Positions 59,416 to 64,000 of a DNA stretch of 64,000 bases are shown one piece after another; position 1 is the stretch's first letter, and the number at the start of each line of letters is the position of its first letter. This stretch comes from Azolla caroliniana (lineage: Eukaryota > Plantae > Polypodiophyta). Both the position numbers and the translations under genes were made by a program. The notes under the pieces were generated by a model, which saw only the letters and a program-made list of their open reading frames with translations, was not told the origin of the DNA and did no database searches. The stretch lies in NCBI GenBank assembly GCA_043228905.1, contig JBHGNT010000012.1:6696001-6760000 (forward strand). Reading direction: 5' to 3'.

Positions 59416-61695
59416 ACAATTTGAACCAATTTTTTCATTTCTTCCTCTTCCACAAACCCTTACAAGTTCTCTTCTTCCTTCTCCTCTCCCCTCGTAAGCT
59501 ATGGAGTCTGTGAGAAAACATGAGGATATACGTGTTCTTTTTGAGCTCAACATGCTCACGAATAAATTTGAGGCATTAGAGCATGAAAATCAAAGGCTAC
59601 TTGGGGACCTAATTGAGGTCTTTATTTTGAGGCTTTTTTAATCAAGTTCGTATGGTTATTCAGCTACGTCTCAATCTGTATCCAACTTACGCTGCTCGTG
59701 TGGGATTAGTGGGAACTTTGCTATGTGGTACGGCATTAGCATGGTTTGCACCAGTTCTTGAGAAGAAATCACCGTTGTTGGAGGATTTCGAAGCATTTGT
59801 TAAGGAGTTTCAAGCTAGTTTCGGAGACACCAACAACACTACGATAGCGATAAACAAGATTCGAAGGCTCCAACAAGGAGATCCTCCCGCTCGACTTACA
59901 CACCTGATTTCCGTCTCTTGGCATGCGATATCCCTTGGGATGAGGTAGACTTAATGGATCAATTCCGTCAAGGTTTGCGTAATGATGTCAAAGATCTTCT
60001 CCTTACTTTCCTTAAAGATCCTAAGTCTCTTACAAAGGCCATTAGTCGAGCCGTGCGATGTGATAATCGCCTAATTGAGCAACGTTCTGAGCGCCAACAA
60101 ATGTTACACCTCCAACCAAAACAGACTCATGCTTTCGTAGTCGCAATGCCTCCACCAGTTTTCAGACCCATTACAAGGGATGGCCCAACTCCGGTGGAAA
60201 TAGAGTCAACACAACGACGTGGGCCTTTATTAGATGCTAAGAAGCAACAACATTGAGTGCATCGCCTATGCTTGTATTGTGGCGGTCCAAGACATATAGC
60301 CGTAAATTGTCCACATAAACCTAGACGTCAAGTATACCAAGTGTACATGACAACCCTACTTCGAGTTCCATTGTTACTTCTAATAACATAAGTAAGCCTC
60401 ATAGTCCATTCCATGAGAATAGATTCGATGTCTTGAGTCAATTAGAGGATGTGTTAAACGAGTAAGTCTGACCAAAATAGGAGCCATTTGGTTGGATTAT
60501 ACTAGCTATCTAGAGTTAATTCCTAGTCGTCGTTCCATTTCATCAAATCAAGTGAGTAGAGTTTTTTTTGTAGAAGTCGAGCTTACCACATCTACATGTC
60601 ATCGAGTCCTAGCCTCTACCCTCCTATATTCTGGAGCCAACTCTTGTTTCATGGATCGTGAATTTGCATTGTCACAAAACATTCTCTTGAATAAGCTCCC
60701 AAGCCCAGTAGCCGTAGGAGTCATTCATGGCCATCCCATAACATCAGATATATAGTTGAGGAGTCTGAGCCAATTCAGATAGTTCTTGGCTATTTGGCAA
60801 GCATAATCTCTTTCAACATTATTCGCAGTTCGGAACACCCAATAGTTCTAGGTCTCGCCTTGTTTGAACTCCATAACCCGAAGATTGATTGGATGAAAAG
60901 AAAAATTCAGGAGACCCGAGAAAAAAGCACAAACCCCGCCTCCCTCAAATCTCTGACATGTGATACTAGATCCCCTGAGCTATCTACCATCTCTCTACGA
61001 CAATTGCGTGAGGAAGGGGGGAATGAGACCATGTTCATCTTCGTAATAGTAGCAACTCCATCATCCACTTTACATGAAGCGGACATTAAACTACCAGAGA
61101 AATACAAAGAGTTCTCAGACCTCTTTGATAAGGTGAAGGCCAATACATTTCCGGACCATCGGCCATACGACTGCCCTATCGATTTAAAACCAGGGAAAGA
61201 ACCTACGTGGGACCTAATTTATAATCTCTCCCCTGTAGAGCTAGAGACTTTGTGGGAATATATCGATGAGAATTTGGCAAACGAATTCATTCGGCATTCT
61301 AGATCCCATGTTGGTGCACATATCTTCTTCATTAAGAAAAAGAATGGGACTCCTCGGTTGGTCGTGGATTATTGAGGGCTAAACAAAGTGAATATCCGGA
61401 ATAGATATGCTCTACCGTTAATCCCGAATCTTTTGGAACGTCTTACTAGAGCAAAATATTTCACAAAGTTGGACCTTCGTTGTACATATAATCTAGTTCG
61501 GATTCGTCCGGGGGATGAATGGAAGACTGCTTTTCGCACTCGCTATGACATTTTGAGTATATTGTGATGGGACTGTGATGCCATTCGATCTCACAAATGC
61601 ACCTGTAGTTTTCCAACATATGATGAATGATATTTTTCGAGACTTTCTCGATATCTTCACTATAGTTTACTTGGATGATATTTTGAAAAAGATTA
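59047..61695 (+). mobile_element. Degenerate Tcn1/Tf1-like Ty3/gypsy 5' half (LTR ~59047-59418, gag from 59501, PR, RT N-terminal part)
   Basis: Gag ALAWF, QFRQGL, GPTP.EI and CLYCG motifs; RT HRPYDCPIDL and FFIKKKNG motifs; cut by a copia LTR at 61696. Confidence 0.85.
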
Positions 61696-64000
61696 TGTGC
61701 AAAAGCAAGTAGAAAACCGAACACAAAAACACAGGTTTAATGGAAGGCTTTACAGTACGCGGGAGAGACAGAGAAAGAGCAAAACAAGTTAAATCTATTA
61801 CAAAGGAATAATAGTTCTCTATACATAAGACATGCTCAACAGCACTATTTATACAAGTCCTAAGAGGACTGACAGAAGTACACTGTACTTCAATGCTCAT
61901 ACGAGCGTCTTACACTAACTACGAGACTATTAACTACCTAGTAGTCTAGGCTACTACTAGGCTTCCGGTTATTGTTTGATCTAGTTAACCGGCTCCCCAG
62001 CTCACCGGCTCAATTGCTCACCGGCTCGCCAATCCGTCTCCCTCCTTCCGGATGCCGATCCGGCTCAGGCTTATCCAGCCGATCCAGACCTAGTTGAGCT
62101 TGCCGCTCAACACTCCCCCTCAAGCTCAACTTGAGGTCGGATTGTAGTGTCAGTCTCCATGGCACCCGGTCCTTCCACCCGGCTCCTTCGGGCGTCACTC
62201 CACCTCGATCGCGCTCCGCGTCCGATCCGGTCCCGTTTGCCATGACCCTTCTGATTTTGCGCACCTCGACCTCCTTGGTCGGTTTGTCTGATCAATAGGC
62301 CCAATTCAGATTCCTCGTTGCTATGACTTCAGCTCTTGCCGATTCGCTGATTCCTTCGTGTTGGCGTCGACTTTCTCTGCCTTCTTGTCTTTTTGGCCTT
62401 GAATTGATCCGGTTCTTCCGAATCCGTCTGTTGAACCGAATCGGTTGTCTCCGATTCGTTCCAGCTCTTCTCCAAATCGATTGCTCCCGATTCATCTTCC
62501 GGTTCCAGGCCCTTCACCACATCGGACCATTTCCAGGTCTTGGCCTTCTTCTTCCAATCGGCTCTGTCCTTCTTCTTCCAATCGGCTCTGTCCTTCTTGA
62601 CTATGCCGCCACTGTCGCTTGTTCCGACTTGTTCGGATGTGTCAACTTCCTTTGTCGACTCAGCTCCTTTCTTCTTCTTGTCTCTCCCCTTGTCGGTTCT
62701 GCCCTTACCGGCGCAATCAATAGTCTCTTTGCCTTTGCCCGTTCCAGTGTAATCGATAGTCTCTTTGCCTTTGCCCGTTCTCCCCCCTCAAGTGTGGCAC
62801 ATTGAGATGTTGAACACCAAGCATTTCAGTGAAGTGTTGCAACTTGTCCGATCCGAGCAGTTTGGTGAAGATGTCGGCAACTTGTCGATCCGTATGAACA
62901 TACCGAAGTTCGACTTCACTGCTCAGGACACGCTCCCACACGAAGTGGTAGCGCACTTCTATGTGCTTTGTGTGAGCATGGAATACGGGGTTCTTGGTGA
63001 GCTGCATACTGCTTATGTTATCATAGTAGATCAAGATTGGGGTCGGCACCTCGATCCGCAGGTCCTGCAGCAATCACCGAAGCCAAATGGCTTCATAGGA
63101 GGCAACAGTAGCGCCCCGGTATTCAACCTCAGTGCTCGAAAGGGCCACTGTTGGCTGCTTTTTGCTGCTCCACGCAACAACCACGTTGCCAAGGGAAAAC
63201 ATATAGCCAGAGGTGGATCGGCGATCCGATGCATCGTCAGCCCAGTCGGCATCGGTGTAGCCGACGAGCTCTTCGGTTATACCATGCCGGTATAACAGTC
63301 CCCAGTCCTTCGTGTTGTTCACATATCGCAAAATTCGATGCACGCACAGAAGGTGCTCCACGGTCGGCTTCTGCATATATTGATTGATCACGCCGACAGG
63401 ATAGCTAATATCGGGTCGGGTGATTGTCAAATATATAAGACTTCCGACGATTTGTTGGAACCGTTTCTCATCGCATGCTGGTTCGGAGTCGGGACGGAGC
63501 TTCTAGTTCCGGTCTAGGGGTGTGGAGATCAGTCGGCATTCTGTCATTCCGAACTCGTACAACATACTCAACACATAGTGTCTTTGTGAGAGCAATATGC
63601 CGTCGGGGGTTCGGATCACCTCGATCCCAAGGAAATAGTGAAGGTCCCCCAAGTCCTTCATCTCAAATGCGTCCGACATCTGGGACTTGACTCGGCTTAT
63701 TTCATCGAGTCCGGGTCCGGTGATGACTAGATCATCAACATACAGTAAGATGCAAACCGGACCGTCCGGACCTTGCCAGATGAACAACGAAGAATCAGAC
63801 TTGGAGGCCGCAAACCCCATCTTACGCAACCGGTGCGTGATCTTCGCATTCCACGCTCGTGGGGTTTGCTTTAGGCCATAAAGTGACTTCTTCAGCCGGC
63901 CTACCGTCGACTTGTTCATGTCCGTCTGGAAACCGAGAGGTTGGGTCATAAAGACCTCTTCTTCAAGATCGCCTTGAAGAAATACATTCTTCACGTCCAT
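61696..64000 (-). mobile_element. Copia family A 3' part (3' LTR 61696-62112, PPT, 3' extension, RNase H, RT; runs off window)
   Basis: LYVDD and SSTEVEY motifs; LTR homology to other family A copies. Confidence 0.93.

Noticed and set aside
62113-62790. env-like gene in the family A 3' extension
   Set aside because: The sense strand is hydrophilic with no signal peptide or transmembrane segment; the hydrophobic ORFs are antisense shadows.

Overview
A gene-poor plant transposon nest. The plant tRNA-Trp and tRNA-iMet primer sites, a Tcn1/Tf1-like gypsy and a Sola2-like transposon suggest a non-seed land plant such as a fern or lycophyte (inference). Bases 1-5963 look like the end of a Sola2-like DNA transposon: a spliced, truncated transposase (minus) convergent with a spliced coiled-coil/RING-H2 gene (plus), with a palindromic TAGCTAATTAGCTA satellite filling both the gap and the transposase intron. 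The rest is nested LTR retrotransposons. Two Ty1/copia families dominate, labelled here A (about 400-417 bp LTRs, 3' extension) and B (Tnt1/Tork-like, tandem arrays in U3); two further copia remnants are labelled C and D. There are also tRNA-Trp-primed gag-only elements, an internally deleted chromovirus caught in an inversion, and a gypsy with an apparent self-priming site. The only intact element (47692-53176, 1357 aa) is very young, appears to carry a swapped capsid domain, and its LTRs differ by 5 enhancer-repeat units. All identities and boundaries were read by eye; no database searches were run.
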